DNA of 64,000 nucleotides from Deltaproteobacteria bacterium (GTDB taxonomy: Bacteria; Desulfobacterota_D; UBA1144; Nemesobacterales; JAJCZQ01). Each line of letters opens with the position of its first letter. Within the stretch, counting starts at the first letter, position 1. Positions 42,445 through 51,842 of the stretch are shown here, piece by piece. The translations under genes and the position numbers were made by a program. The stretch spans positions 3,844-67,843 of the forward strand of contig JAJCZQ010000048.1 of NCBI GenBank assembly GCA_029262335.1, given 5' to 3'. The notes beneath the pieces were generated by a model. The model was not told where the DNA came from and did not search any database. It worked only from the letters and a program-made list of their open reading frames with translations.

Positions 42445-43107
42445 ATGAAACTATTATTTTATATAATTACTTTGATATTGATGCTCGTTTCTACATATGC
42501 AGCATTTATTTATGCCCCAACTGAAGTAATTATGGGACATATACAAAGGATATTCTATTTTCATATGGGGACGGTATGGGTAGCAACAATAGCTTTTATT
42601 ATTGTTTTTGTTGCTAGTATTTTATATCTGATCAATGGTAAAAGAAAGTGGGATGTGCTTGCATATACTTCTGCTGAATTAGGCGTTTTTTTTATAACAT
42701 TAACTATTATCACGGGAAGTATCTGGGCAAAACCCGTATGGGGTACATGGTGGACATGGGACCCTCAGCTAACTACTACATTTATACTCTGGATACTGTA
42801 TATTGTTTATCTGTTAATCAGGGCAAATTCTGGTTACGATGAAAAGAAAGCTAAATACTCAGCGGTATTTGCAATAATTGCTTTTATTGATCTTCCTCTT
42901 GTATATATATCTGCAAGGGTAATGAGGGGCATTTCTCCGGTAGTTTTCGGACCTGGTGGTGGTGGAATAGAACCAAAAATGTTAAATGCACTTTTAATAA
43001 CACTTGTTTCCTTTACATTACTATTTATTTTATTATTAGTCGAAAGAATAAAAATTGAGAATCTAAAGTATCAGATTAATAAACTAATATATACGGAGAA
43101 CAATTAG
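42445..43107 (+). CDS. ccmC: CcmC heme chaperone-loading protein
   Basis: RIFYFH, WWD domain TGSIWAKPVWGTWWTWDPQLT; ccm context. Confidence 0.92.
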   Translation: MKLLFYIITLILMLVSTYAAFIYAPTEVIMGHIQRIFYFHMGTVWVATIAFIIVFVASILYLINGKRKWDVLAYTSAELGVFFITLTIITGSIWAKPVWGTWWTWDPQLTTTFILWILYIVYLLIRANSGYDEKKAKYSAVFAIIAFIDLPLVYISARVMRGISPVVFGPGGGGIEPKMLNALLITLVSFTLLFILLLVERIKIENLKYQINKLIYTENN

Positions 43108-43229
43108 TGGAATATCTATTCTGGGGACATGTATCAGTCTGGCTTTTTATTGCTGTATACGCCCTTTATTTAAAAAATACTTCAGACAATTTGAGCCGGA
43201 AACTAAAAGAACTAAATAACAAGGATTAA
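43107..43229 (+). CDS. ccmD: CcmD small membrane protein; not in ORF track
   Basis: GTG overlapping the ccmC stop, GGAG upstream: MEYLFWGHVSVWLFIAVYALYLKNTSDNLSRKLKELNNKD (one TM plus charged helix) between ccmC and ccmE. Confidence 0.85.
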   Translation: MEYLFWGHVSVWLFIAVYALYLKNTSDNLSRKLKELNNKD

Positions 43230-43238
43230 TATACAGAT

Positions 43239-43658
43239 ATGCTTAAGGGAAAATTAAAATTTATTATAGCTATTATTATAATTGCCGGAACCATTAGTTA
43301 CCTGGTATTTTCCGGAGTAAAAGACACGATGGTTTATTACCTGACTATCGACGAACTCCAGGCAAAAGTCCCGGAGGTTTACGGCGAAAGGGTAAGGGTT
43401 TCCGGTATTGTAGTTCCGGGGACTATAATAAAAGATAAAAACGGCAATATTGAATTCCGAATTACAGATGGTGAGAACAACATTGATGTAAAATACAGTG
43501 GTATTATTCCTGATATCTTTGCAGATGATGTTGAAGCAGTGGTTGAGGGAAATTATTCTCAACAGAATGTTTTTAATGCCGATGTACTCCTGGCCAAATG
43601 TCCTACTAAGTATGAGTCTGATGAGAAGTTGTATGAGTCGCATAAGGAAAGCAGTTAA
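43239..43658 (+). CDS. ccmE: Heme chaperone CcmE, CxxxY variant
   Basis: VYYLT..E, RVRVSG.V..G, YSGIIPDIF, VVEG, LAKCPTKY. Confidence 0.94.
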   Translation: MLKGKLKFIIAIIIIAGTISYLVFSGVKDTMVYYLTIDELQAKVPEVYGERVRVSGIVVPGTIIKDKNGNIEFRITDGENNIDVKYSGIIPDIFADDVEAVVEGNYSQQNVFNADVLLAKCPTKYESDEKLYESHKESS

Positions 43659-45652
43659 TGTATCAAATAGGTAATGTCTGTGTCTATTTTGCATTTTTCC
43701 TGTCACTCTATACCGTAGCAGCTTCTCTGATAGGTGCCAGATACAGGAACAGAGATTTAATAGAGAGCGGAAGAAATTCTGCTTTATCCATATTTATACT
43801 ATTAATTATAGTTTCAGCATCTTTGGTCTATGAGCTTATTAATACAAATTTTAATCTCAGATACGTTGCCTTAAATACAAGTACCGACCTTCCGACAATA
43901 TACAGGTTTACCGCATTATGGGCAGGGCAGGCAGGATCGCTTCTTTTATGGTGTCTAGTCCTTTCACTCTTTTCTTCTATAGTTGTAATGTTTTCAAATA
44001 AAAGGGACATTGATTATCAGCCATGGGTGGTTGTAGTTTTATATACAGTACTGGCATTTTTCCTATACCTGATAACATTTGTTGAAAATCCTTTTGATCT
44101 ATTACCATTTACACCAAACGAGGGCAGGGGCCTTAACCCAATACTTCAAAATGGCTACATGGCAATTCATCCTGTCACTTTGTATCTGGGTTATGTCGGC
44201 CTTACAATACCTTTTGCTTTTGGTATGGCCGCATTAATTAGCGGAAGATTAAATGATTCATGGATAAGACAATCAAGAAGGTGGACAATTCTTGCCTGGA
44301 CATTTCTTAGCGTCGGGCTTTTACTTGGTGCAAGATGGGCATATCTTGAACTTGGCTGGGGCGGTTATTGGGCATGGGACCCTGTTGAAAATGCAGCTTT
44401 TATGCCATGGCTTACAGCAACAGCATTCGTACATTCCGTGATGATCCAGGAAAGGAACGGTATGCTTCGCAAATGGAACATTATTTTACTTATAACCACA
44501 TTCTTCCTTACTTTACTTGGTACTTTTATTACACGTAGCGGCATAATTTCCTCTGTTCATTCATTTGCACAGTCAGATATTGGGCCATTATTCCTTGGAT
44601 TTATTGCCTTTGTATTAATTTTTTCATTTGGGATATTCCTTTACAGAATTAAAGAGCTTGAAAGTGAAGAAAATTTTGATTCAATTATATCGAGGGAAAG
44701 TGCATTTATTTTTAATAACCTGCTATTTCTCGGTGCAGCATTTGCTGTTTTTCTCGGAACTATATTCCCGATTATATCTGAAGCCGTTACTGGTGAGAAG
44801 ATACTTGTCGGCCCCCCATTCTTTAACAAGGTAAATGTTCCAATTGGGCTGGTCCTTATATTCCTTATGGGTGTAGGCCCGCTTATTTCATGGAGAAAAG
44901 CATCACCTGAAAATCTTAAAAAGAATTTTCTACTTCCCATGATAGTGGCAGTATGTGTAGGGATTGTGCTATTTATTTTAAATATAAGAGATATTACAGC
45001 GCTACTCAGCTTCTCATTATGCGGGTTTGTAGTTGCAACAATTGTCACTGAATTTTACAAAGGCGTTTCCGTACGTTCATCCAGGGGTGAGAATATTGTT
45101 GTATCGTTAACTACTATGATATCCCGAAATAAAAGGCGTTACGGCGGTTATATAGTCCATTTAGGGGTTGTCCTTATTGTTATAGGTATAACAGCATCAT
45201 CAACTTTTAATTCTGAAGTAGAAGCTACTTTAAATACAGGTGAATCTTTTAAAATCGGTGAATATGAATTAACTTTTGAAAAACTGGAAACCTATAAAAA
45301 CGATGCAAAAAATGGAACAAAAGCAGTACTGCTTCTCTCAGCCGGCGGCAGAACTATTGACACCGTATATCCTGAGAAAAATATATACAGGTACGAGGGC
45401 AACAGAGAAATAAACCAGGAAACAGAAGTATCTTTGAGGTCAACATATAAAGACGACCTTTATATAATACTCTCGAACGTAAACAGCAATACAAATGCAA
45501 CATTCAGGGCAATGATCAACCCAATGGTTAGCTGGATATGGGCAGGTGGTATAGTTGTTCTTTTTGGAGCATTGATTACCATGATGCCAAAGTTCGCTAA
45601 AAGAAGATCAAGCGTTACCGAAGAAATTGGTTTAAATGCTGAAAAAGCATAA
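43658..45652 (+). CDS. ccmF: Cytochrome c heme lyase CcmF
   Basis: WAGQAGSLLLW, GLNPILQ...IHP, LGWGGYWAWDPVENA.FMPW, TRSG...SVHSFA, GGYIVHLG. Confidence 0.96.
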   Translation: MYQIGNVCVYFAFFLSLYTVAASLIGARYRNRDLIESGRNSALSIFILLIIVSASLVYELINTNFNLRYVALNTSTDLPTIYRFTALWAGQAGSLLLWCLVLSLFSSIVVMFSNKRDIDYQPWVVVVLYTVLAFFLYLITFVENPFDLLPFTPNEGRGLNPILQNGYMAIHPVTLYLGYVGLTIPFAFGMAALISGRLNDSWIRQSRRWTILAWTFLSVGLLLGARWAYLELGWGGYWAWDPVENAAFMPWLTATAFVHSVMIQERNGMLRKWNIILLITTFFLTLLGTFITRSGIISSVHSFAQSDIGPLFLGFIAFVLIFSFGIFLYRIKELESEENFDSIISRESAFIFNNLLFLGAAFAVFLGTIFPIISEAVTGEKILVGPPFFNKVNVPIGLVLIFLMGVGPLISWRKASPENLKKNFLLPMIVAVCVGIVLFILNIRDITALLSFSLCGFVVATIVTEFYKGVSVRSSRGENIVVSLTTMISRNKRRYGGYIVHLGVVLIVIGITASSTFNSEVEATLNTGESFKIGEYELTFEKLETYKNDAKNGTKAVLLLSAGGRTIDTVYPEKNIYRYEGNREINQETEVSLRSTYKDDLYIILSNVNSNTNATFRAMINPMVSWIWAGGIVVLFGALITMMPKFAKRRSSVTEEIGLNAEKA

Positions 45653-45676
45653 TCTTAACTTTTATCAAAAAACATT

Positions 45677-46042
45677 ATGAATCTGATTGTAATAGTAGTA
45701 CTAATTTCAATATCAATCTCTATCTATATTTTATTCCCGATAATAAAGAAATATTTGATAAACACTGAAGTAGAGATTGATAATTCAGGCACAGACCCTG
45801 AATATAAAAATTTAATAAGAGAAAAAGACCAGCTCCTTAACGAAATAATGGATATAGACCTGGACTATGGATTAGAAAAACTCGGAGATAAAGATTATAA
45901 GGAATTAAGGCAGAAATACCGTTTAAAAGCCGCAGGGGTTATAAAGAAAATAGAAAATTATGAAAAGCTTCATAACACTGAAATTGATATGGTTCTAAGT
46001 AAAAAAATTGATGACGAGATTGAGAATTTAAAAAGAAAATAA
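45677..46042 (+). CDS. Small membrane protein, CcmI-N-terminal-like
   Basis: N-terminal TM ending FP, then L..EKDQLL.EI.DIDLDY..EKL...DYKELRQKY; follows ccmF. Confidence 0.6.
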   Translation: MNLIVIVVLISISISIYILFPIIKKYLINTEVEIDNSGTDPEYKNLIREKDQLLNEIMDIDLDYGLEKLGDKDYKELRQKYRLKAAGVIKKIENYEKLHNTEIDMVLSKKIDDEIENLKRK

Positions 46043-46060
46043 AAAAGTAAATCATTTTTC

Positions 46061-47476
46061 ATGTTAATACAAAAATATAATTCATATTTTATATGCCTTT
46101 TACTTTTATTCAGTTTGCTTAACGTCTTGCCGGCTTTTTCACAGACTGGCAGTGAACTGTTTATGGAAAACAGGTGTTCAAGGTGCCATACAATAGGAAG
46201 GGGGCGTTTTGTTGGGCCTGACCTTTATAATATTTCAAAAAAATACAATAAAGAACAGGTAAATGCCTGGATACTTAACCCGGATATAATTTACAGCCAG
46301 ACAAATAAAAAACCCTTTAATCCCGGATACCCTCCTATGCCTCAGCTTGGCATAACTGAACACAATGCCGAGCTTATAACAAACTTTCTTTTTAATAACA
46401 AAATACAGCAACAGAAAGAAAATGCCGGGGTAATTGAAGGTGTACTTGTTAATGAATCATCCGGTAAAGGTACAGAGGGTAATGATATTTATTTAAAATC
46501 CTTCATAGGGGACAGGCTGACTGATGAAAAACTTCAGATAACTGACGAAGAAGGAAAATTTAGATTTAAAGACTTAAGCTGGGTAAACAGTTATTCCATC
46601 AAGATTAAACATGAAGGGCTTGAGTATGAAACAGCTAAAATGGTATTCCCTCCCGACCAGGGTTCTATAGATTTAAAACTGCCGTTATTTGAAACGACCG
46701 ATAATGATTCAGAAATATTCCTAAATTTAAATCATCAAATTGTAAGTGTAGCTGAAAAGACCGTATCTATTGCAGAGATTTATGATTATGAAAACCGGGG
46801 TAATAGTATCTATATAGGCAAACCTGGTGATGACAATCTTAGACGTACATTAAAATTTTATGTTCCTGAAAATGCTATTAATCTAAAGTTTGTAGAAGGG
46901 CTTGATAATGATGAAATTCAAAGAGAGAAAACTACTGTTTATGATAGTTCAGGATTTCCGCCCGGAAGAAAAAGAGTCGTATTAACTTATGAAATCCCTC
47001 TTGAATTTGGAAAAAATCTTATAAATAAAGATGTACTAACTAATGTTTCTACGCTTCTTTTACTTGTTGATGACCAAAACGGGATGGTGGATGTCAGTAC
47101 TCTTAGTGAACTGGAACCGGTAACAATTGAAAATAAAAAATATAAAAGATGGTCCGGGAATAATTTAAAATCAGGCAGCAATTACGTTATTACAGTAACG
47201 AACAGGTCACTTTCCATAAAATATATTGATCTTTTCCCCGTTATTATCTTTGCTGTATTGTTTCTGTCCGTCTTTATCATTGGGCTTATTACACGTACTG
47301 AGAATAAAAATAATGTAAAGAACTTGCTGCTCAGGAGAGATGAAATAGTAAAGACAATAATCACTCTTGATGAAGAGTATAAGAAAAACTCTGTTAATGA
47401 ATCCACTTATAAAGAAAAAAGATATAGATTAAAAAATTCAATTATTGAAATTGATAAAAAGATAAACGAAGATTAA
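46061..47476 (+). CDS. Membrane-anchored multidomain monoheme c-type cytochrome
   Basis: Signal peptide, CSRCH heme motif, GPDL, PPMP (axial Met), beta-sandwich TDEEGKFRFKDL, C-terminal TM and helical tail. Confidence 0.8.
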   Translation: MLIQKYNSYFICLLLLFSLLNVLPAFSQTGSELFMENRCSRCHTIGRGRFVGPDLYNISKKYNKEQVNAWILNPDIIYSQTNKKPFNPGYPPMPQLGITEHNAELITNFLFNNKIQQQKENAGVIEGVLVNESSGKGTEGNDIYLKSFIGDRLTDEKLQITDEEGKFRFKDLSWVNSYSIKIKHEGLEYETAKMVFPPDQGSIDLKLPLFETTDNDSEIFLNLNHQIVSVAEKTVSIAEIYDYENRGNSIYIGKPGDDNLRRTLKFYVPENAINLKFVEGLDNDEIQREKTTVYDSSGFPPGRKRVVLTYEIPLEFGKNLINKDVLTNVSTLLLLVDDQNGMVDVSTLSELEPVTIENKKYKRWSGNNLKSGSNYVITVTNRSLSIKYIDLFPVIIFAVLFLSVFIIGLITRTENKNNVKNLLLRRDEIVKTIITLDEEYKKNSVNESTYKEKRYRLKNSIIEIDKKINED

Positions 47477-48195
47477 AGATCACCAAATTGGTACTGAATA
47501 GCAGTTACAGCTGCAATTGATGCAGTTTCTACTCTTAATATCCTGGGGCCAAGCCCTACAATACTTATACTGTTTTTCGTCGCATATTCTATTTCACTGT
47601 CTGTAAAACCACCTTCTGGGCCGATTATTATATTAATTGTATTATAATTGGAATTTTGATTGTTTAGATATTTATGGAGATTGTTCACTTCATTCTCATA
47701 AAATAACAGAGATAAGTGATCAGTTGATAGGAATTCGTTGATATTTCTAAAATCGATAAAGTCATTTATTTCTGTTGGTTTTGGCCTGCCGCACTGTTTG
47801 CATGATTCAATAGCAATTTTTTTCCATCTTTCTGATTTCCTTGAGTCCTGGACAATGCCTCTTTGCGTTCTTATAGGAGTTATTGATGTAACACCAAGTT
47901 CAGTTGTTTTTTGCACTATAAGGTCCATCTTTGAGCCTTTAGGGATTGATTGAAAGAGGTGTATGTTAATATTTGATTCTTTTATATTCTTATTAGTCTT
48001 CAAAATAATAACTTCGAGTTCATTCCTGTCTACAGAAACAATTTTTCCTGTATGTTCATTATATAGCTCATCAAACAGAGTTAGTTGGTCGTCTATCGTT
48101 AATCTCAGCACTTTTGAGATATGTTTAAAGCTGTCACCAGTAATTATTGCTTTATTATCAGTTATTTGTGAGCTATTTATTGGAAATCTAGGCAT
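47473..48195 (-). CDS. rsmE: 16S rRNA m3U1498 methyltransferase
   Basis: HISKVLRL, QKTTELGV, ESCKQCGR, IGPEGGF, LGPRILRVETA. Confidence 0.95.
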   Translation of the reverse strand: MPRFPINSSQITDNKAIITGDSFKHISKVLRLTIDDQLTLFDELYNEHTGKIVSVDRNELEVIILKTNKNIKESNINIHLFQSIPKGSKMDLIVQKTTELGVTSITPIRTQRGIVQDSRKSERWKKIAIESCKQCGRPKPTEINDFIDFRNINEFLSTDHLSLLFYENEVNNLHKYLNNQNSNYNTINIIIGPEGGFTDSEIEYATKNSISIVGLGPRILRVETASIAAVTAIQYQFGDL

Positions 48196-48505
48196 TTTAT
48201 TTTTACTTTAAGTTTAGTACTTTAACTTTAATAATAATAGTTAATGTCCTTTTTTTAAAGATATTTAAAGCTTTTTTCTTTAATTTAAGCATATAACCAT
48301 TATTTATTATTAACTTATTGTAAAATTGATAGTTTAAGTAATTTCTAGCTTCTAATTGATTCAAATTAATAAAATTTTTGTATTAATATATCACTTTAAC
48401 TTTGCGTAATAATTTAAGGAAATTATTAACTTTAAGTATTCTGAATTTAAATATTGTGTGATTATAATGTGTTATACTGAACAATTAATTCCGAGATCAT
48501 ATATT

Positions 48506-48522
48506 TTAAAGTATTACTTTAA
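48506..48522. promoter_or_regulatory. Perfect 17-bp palindrome, operator-like
   Basis: TTAAAGTA-T-TACTTTAA in the largest intergenic gap; half-site ACTTTAA repeated nearby. Confidence 0.4.
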
Positions 48523-48536
48523 CTATTTAGTAATTT

Positions 48537-50078
48537 TTATTTAATATTCAGTTTATCTGCGGATTTAAAATAGCTGATAATTGCAACGATTAACCCCTCA
48601 ACGGTATGTTTTCCTGCCTGTATATCCGCCCTAAATCCATTGTCTTTAATTGTCATTGAAGTTATTGGGCCAATAGAAGATATTATTGTGTTATTTAGGA
48701 GAGTTATATCATTTCCAAGCATCTTTTTAAGGTTGGTAAAAGTTGATGAACTGGTAAAAGTAATAAGATCAATATCACCTGATTTTAATTTGTGAATTAT
48801 ATCCTTTTTAACTGAAATTGAGGTAGGTGGTATTACTGTTTCATAACATTCTGCAACTGTTACTATGGCTTTTAACTCTTTAAGTGTTTCCGGAAGAATG
48901 TCTCGTGCGATTTTGGCTCTTGGTATTAATACGTTTTTGTTTTTTAAATTATGAGCTTTTAATGCTGTCAAAATACCTTCGGCAGTGTACTTTCGCGGGG
49001 TCAAGTCAGAATTAAGCCCATGCCTGGATAATTCTGCAGATGTTTTTTCACCTATGGTAATAATGGTTTTATTATTAAAAATCCTTGAATCATGTTTGTT
49101 TTTCTTAATTCTTTCAAAAAAGAATTTTACCCCGTTTACACTTGTAAATATGACATAATCATATTTTGAGAAGTTCTTTATTGAACTATCTACATTTTTC
49201 CAGGATTTAACCGGGACAGTTTTTATTGTTGGAAGCTCTATTACATTTGCTCCATAAGAATAAAGTGTGTCTCTTAGTCCAGTGGACTGTTCACTTGCCC
49301 TTGTAATTATTATGTTCTTGCCGAATAAAGGCTTTTTCTCAAACCAGTTGATGTTTTTTCTTAAATTAACAATTTCTCCAATAAGTATTACAGCAGGTGT
49401 TGTTATAGTTTTGTCCTTTTTTACCCTGTCTGCAATATCTGATAAATTCCCAACTACTGAATTCTGCGTTGGGAGGGTACCCCAGGATGTGATTATTACA
49501 GGTGTATCTGGGGGCATACTGTTTTTCATTAATTTTCTGGTAATCGATGAAAGGTTCTTTAACGACATTAGAAATACGAGAGTATCAAGTGAAGATATGG
49601 CTTTCCAGTTGATGCTGGATTTTATCTTGTCTGGATTTTCATGACCTGTGATTACTGCAAATGATGAGTTGTATTTGCGGTGAGTAAGTGGAACACCAGA
49701 ATAGCCGGGAACAGCACTGATGGAGCTGACACCCGGTACTATTTCTACTAATATCCCGGCTTTTGTAAGTGCTTCAGCTTCTTCACCCCCACGACCAAAC
49801 AGAAAAGGGTCTCCGCCTTTTAGCCTGATAACAACTCTGTTTCTTTTTGAACTGCTGATCAGAATGTCGTTTATTTCTTTTTGGGTAATTGATTTTTTAT
49901 TAGATTTTTTACCAACAAAAATAAGTTTTGTCTTCTTATTGCAATGATTAAGGAGCTTGGTATTTATTAATGAATCGTATACAACGACATCGGCTGTTTC
50001 CAAGAGGGCTTTGCCCTTTTCAGTTATTAACCCGGGATCACCAGGCCCGGCACCTACAAGATAAACCATTGTGTTCAT
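48537..50078 (-). CDS. cobA-hemD: Uroporphyrinogen-III C-methyltransferase / uroporphyrinogen-III synthase fusion (CobA-HemD)
   Basis: VYLVGAGPGDPGLIT, RLKGGDPFLFGRGGEE, then KPLFGK.IIITR, IFTSVNGV, FTSSST, SIGPITS; ATG 50078 preferred to the ORF-track start. Confidence 0.93.
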   Translation of the reverse strand: MNTMVYLVGAGPGDPGLITEKGKALLETADVVVYDSLINTKLLNHCNKKTKLIFVGKKSNKKSITQKEINDILISSSKRNRVVIRLKGGDPFLFGRGGEEAEALTKAGILVEIVPGVSSISAVPGYSGVPLTHRKYNSSFAVITGHENPDKIKSSINWKAISSLDTLVFLMSLKNLSSITRKLMKNSMPPDTPVIITSWGTLPTQNSVVGNLSDIADRVKKDKTITTPAVILIGEIVNLRKNINWFEKKPLFGKNIIITRASEQSTGLRDTLYSYGANVIELPTIKTVPVKSWKNVDSSIKNFSKYDYVIFTSVNGVKFFFERIKKNKHDSRIFNNKTIITIGEKTSAELSRHGLNSDLTPRKYTAEGILTALKAHNLKNKNVLIPRAKIARDILPETLKELKAIVTVAECYETVIPPTSISVKKDIIHKLKSGDIDLITFTSSSTFTNLKKMLGNDITLLNNTIISSIGPITSMTIKDNGFRADIQAGKHTVEGLIVAIISYFKSADKLNIK

Positions 50079-50263
50079 ATTAAATAAAATTGAAACCGAA
50101 CAGTGCATGAATTGTCAAGGGAGTTGATTTCTCGTAAATAACAATTATAGATATTATTAACCTTTTAAATATGGATGGTGTATTAAATATTATTATTTTA
50201 TTTCTTCAAACGTGTTGTAACATTTTATTAAAATATAAAGTTTAATATTTATAACTACTTAGT

Positions 50264-50830
50264 ATGCATACAGAAAGTGATCATGAACTTGCTCTAAGGG
50301 CGAAGTCCGGAGACGAAAGTGCGTTTAACGAATTAATGAGGAGGCATTATAAGGGAATTCTGAATTTCGTTTACAAATTTACTTATAAAGCTGATTTATG
50401 CGAAGACCTTACGCAGGAAGTATTTTTGAGAGTGTATAAATCTATTCATACATACGAACCGCAGGCAAAATTTTCAACCTGGTTGTACAAGATAGCAACA
50501 AACTTATGTCTTACACATTTGAAAAAGAAAAATTTAAATATTAGTCTGGATGAGATAAGGGAAAACATCGGTGAACTTGAAGACGTAAAGAGCGAGGATG
50601 CCCATAATCTAATGCAGAGAAAAGAGTTGAACGACAGGGTTATGAAAGCAATCAGTACTCTTCCTGAAAAAGAAAGACTCGCAATTACACTTTGTAAATA
50701 TCAGGGACTTTCATACCTCGAAGTATCAGAAGCTCTGGAATGCAGTGTCGGAGCAGTTAAAACACATATATTCAGGGGAAGGTCCAAACTGATAGATATC
50801 CTTAAACCACATATAGACGAGATAAATTAA
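50264..50830 (+). CDS. ECF RNA polymerase sigma factor
   Basis: GDESAFNELM, EDLTQEVFLRVY, FSTWLYKIATN, region 4 LPEKER...GLSY.EVS..L...VGAVKTHIFRGR. Confidence 0.93.
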   Translation: MHTESDHELALRAKSGDESAFNELMRRHYKGILNFVYKFTYKADLCEDLTQEVFLRVYKSIHTYEPQAKFSTWLYKIATNLCLTHLKKKNLNISLDEIRENIGELEDVKSEDAHNLMQRKELNDRVMKAISTLPEKERLAITLCKYQGLSYLEVSEALECSVGAVKTHIFRGRSKLIDILKPHIDEIN

Positions 50831-50831
50831 A

Positions 50832-51302
50832 ATGATTGATGAAAAAACATATCAGGAAATAGAAGATTATTTTTCAGGAGAACTTAACGAAGAAGAGAGT
50901 AAAAGCCTTTTGTTAAAAGTTAAGGAATCTGAAGAACTCAGGGTTCATTTCGAGGAATCGGAAAAACTATGGGACTATATGTCTTCGCTGGAGACTATTG
51001 AGCCCGGCCCTGATTATATCCAAAAATTCTGGAAAGCTGTTTCGGAAGATGAAGAAAAGAAAAACAGATCATTCTTCAATTTTAATTTTATGAACAAAAA
51101 GTGGGCCTTTGTTTCTTCACTTGCAGTATTATTATTGCTGAGCACAATAATAATTAATAACTTCGTAGTTGATGAAGAAAAGAGCGGTTACGTGTATGAT
51201 GCTGATGATGAATTGCTTGTAAATAATCTTGATGAAGCGTTAAGTAAAAATAGTCCTGAAGGGCTGAATGTGTATGGCCCCTGGGACGATCTTGAAAATT
51301 AA
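50832..51302 (+). CDS. Putative membrane-bound anti-sigma factor
   Basis: Starts 1 nt after the ECF stop; N-terminal Y..GEL..EE anti-sigma-like helices; one TM; short acidic external tail. Confidence 0.7.
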   Translation: MIDEKTYQEIEDYFSGELNEEESKSLLLKVKESEELRVHFEESEKLWDYMSSLETIEPGPDYIQKFWKAVSEDEEKKNRSFFNFNFMNKKWAFVSSLAVLLLLSTIIINNFVVDEEKSGYVYDADDELLVNNLDEALSKNSPEGLNVYGPWDDLEN

Positions 51303-51316
51303 TATTGGGAGATTTA

Positions 51317-51796
51317 GTGTTGAAATATAACAGAATATTCACTTTAATATTTTTAATTACTCTTTTATTCACAAGTTCCGTGTTCGCTGGCAAAAACAAT
51401 GAAAAAAAACTTTGGTGGAGAAACGGACAGGTTGTTGAAGAACTGGAGCTGACTCCCGCACAGGTTAAGAGTATAGAATCTATTTTTCAAAGGTATAAGG
51501 GTGAAATAAAATATTTCAATAAAGAACTTAACAAAAAGGAAAACAAACTCCAGAAACTTATTCAAAATCCAGATTCAACAAGAGAAGATGTTCTTAAAAC
51601 AACTGATGAAATAAATATACTGAAAGCTGACGGGCATAAACTTAAGGTGAATATGTTTTGGGAAATAAGGGAATTACTGACTCCCAAGCAAAGAACCCAG
51701 CTTCGTTTAATAAAAGAAAGATATATGAAAGGAAAACCTAAGAATATCCTGTATTTCCCTGAAGACTGCATTTCAAATGATTATAAGTATTATTAA
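51317..51796 (+). CDS. Spy/CpxP (LTXXQ) family periplasmic protein
   Basis: Signal peptide; WW....EELELTPAQ and LLTPKQR motifs; GGAG upstream of GTG 51317. Confidence 0.82.
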   Translation: MLKYNRIFTLIFLITLLFTSSVFAGKNNEKKLWWRNGQVVEELELTPAQVKSIESIFQRYKGEIKYFNKELNKKENKLQKLIQNPDSTREDVLKTTDEINILKADGHKLKVNMFWEIRELLTPKQRTQLRLIKERYMKGKPKNILYFPEDCISNDYKYY

Positions 51797-51842
51797 TCAT
51801 TTGATCCTTATTTTTACCTAAGAATGAATTAAACTAATTGAT

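Noticed and set aside
48400..48485. Possible dif site or oriC in the AT-rich spacer
   Set aside because: No match to the 11-6-11 XerC/XerD consensus, no DnaA boxes, and gene strand bias is unchanged across it.
50150..50250. Possible ECF autoregulatory promoter (TGTAAC...GTTT or TAACC...GTGTA)
   Set aside because: Two weak competing matches in very AT-rich DNA; cannot be supported without the ECF group consensus.
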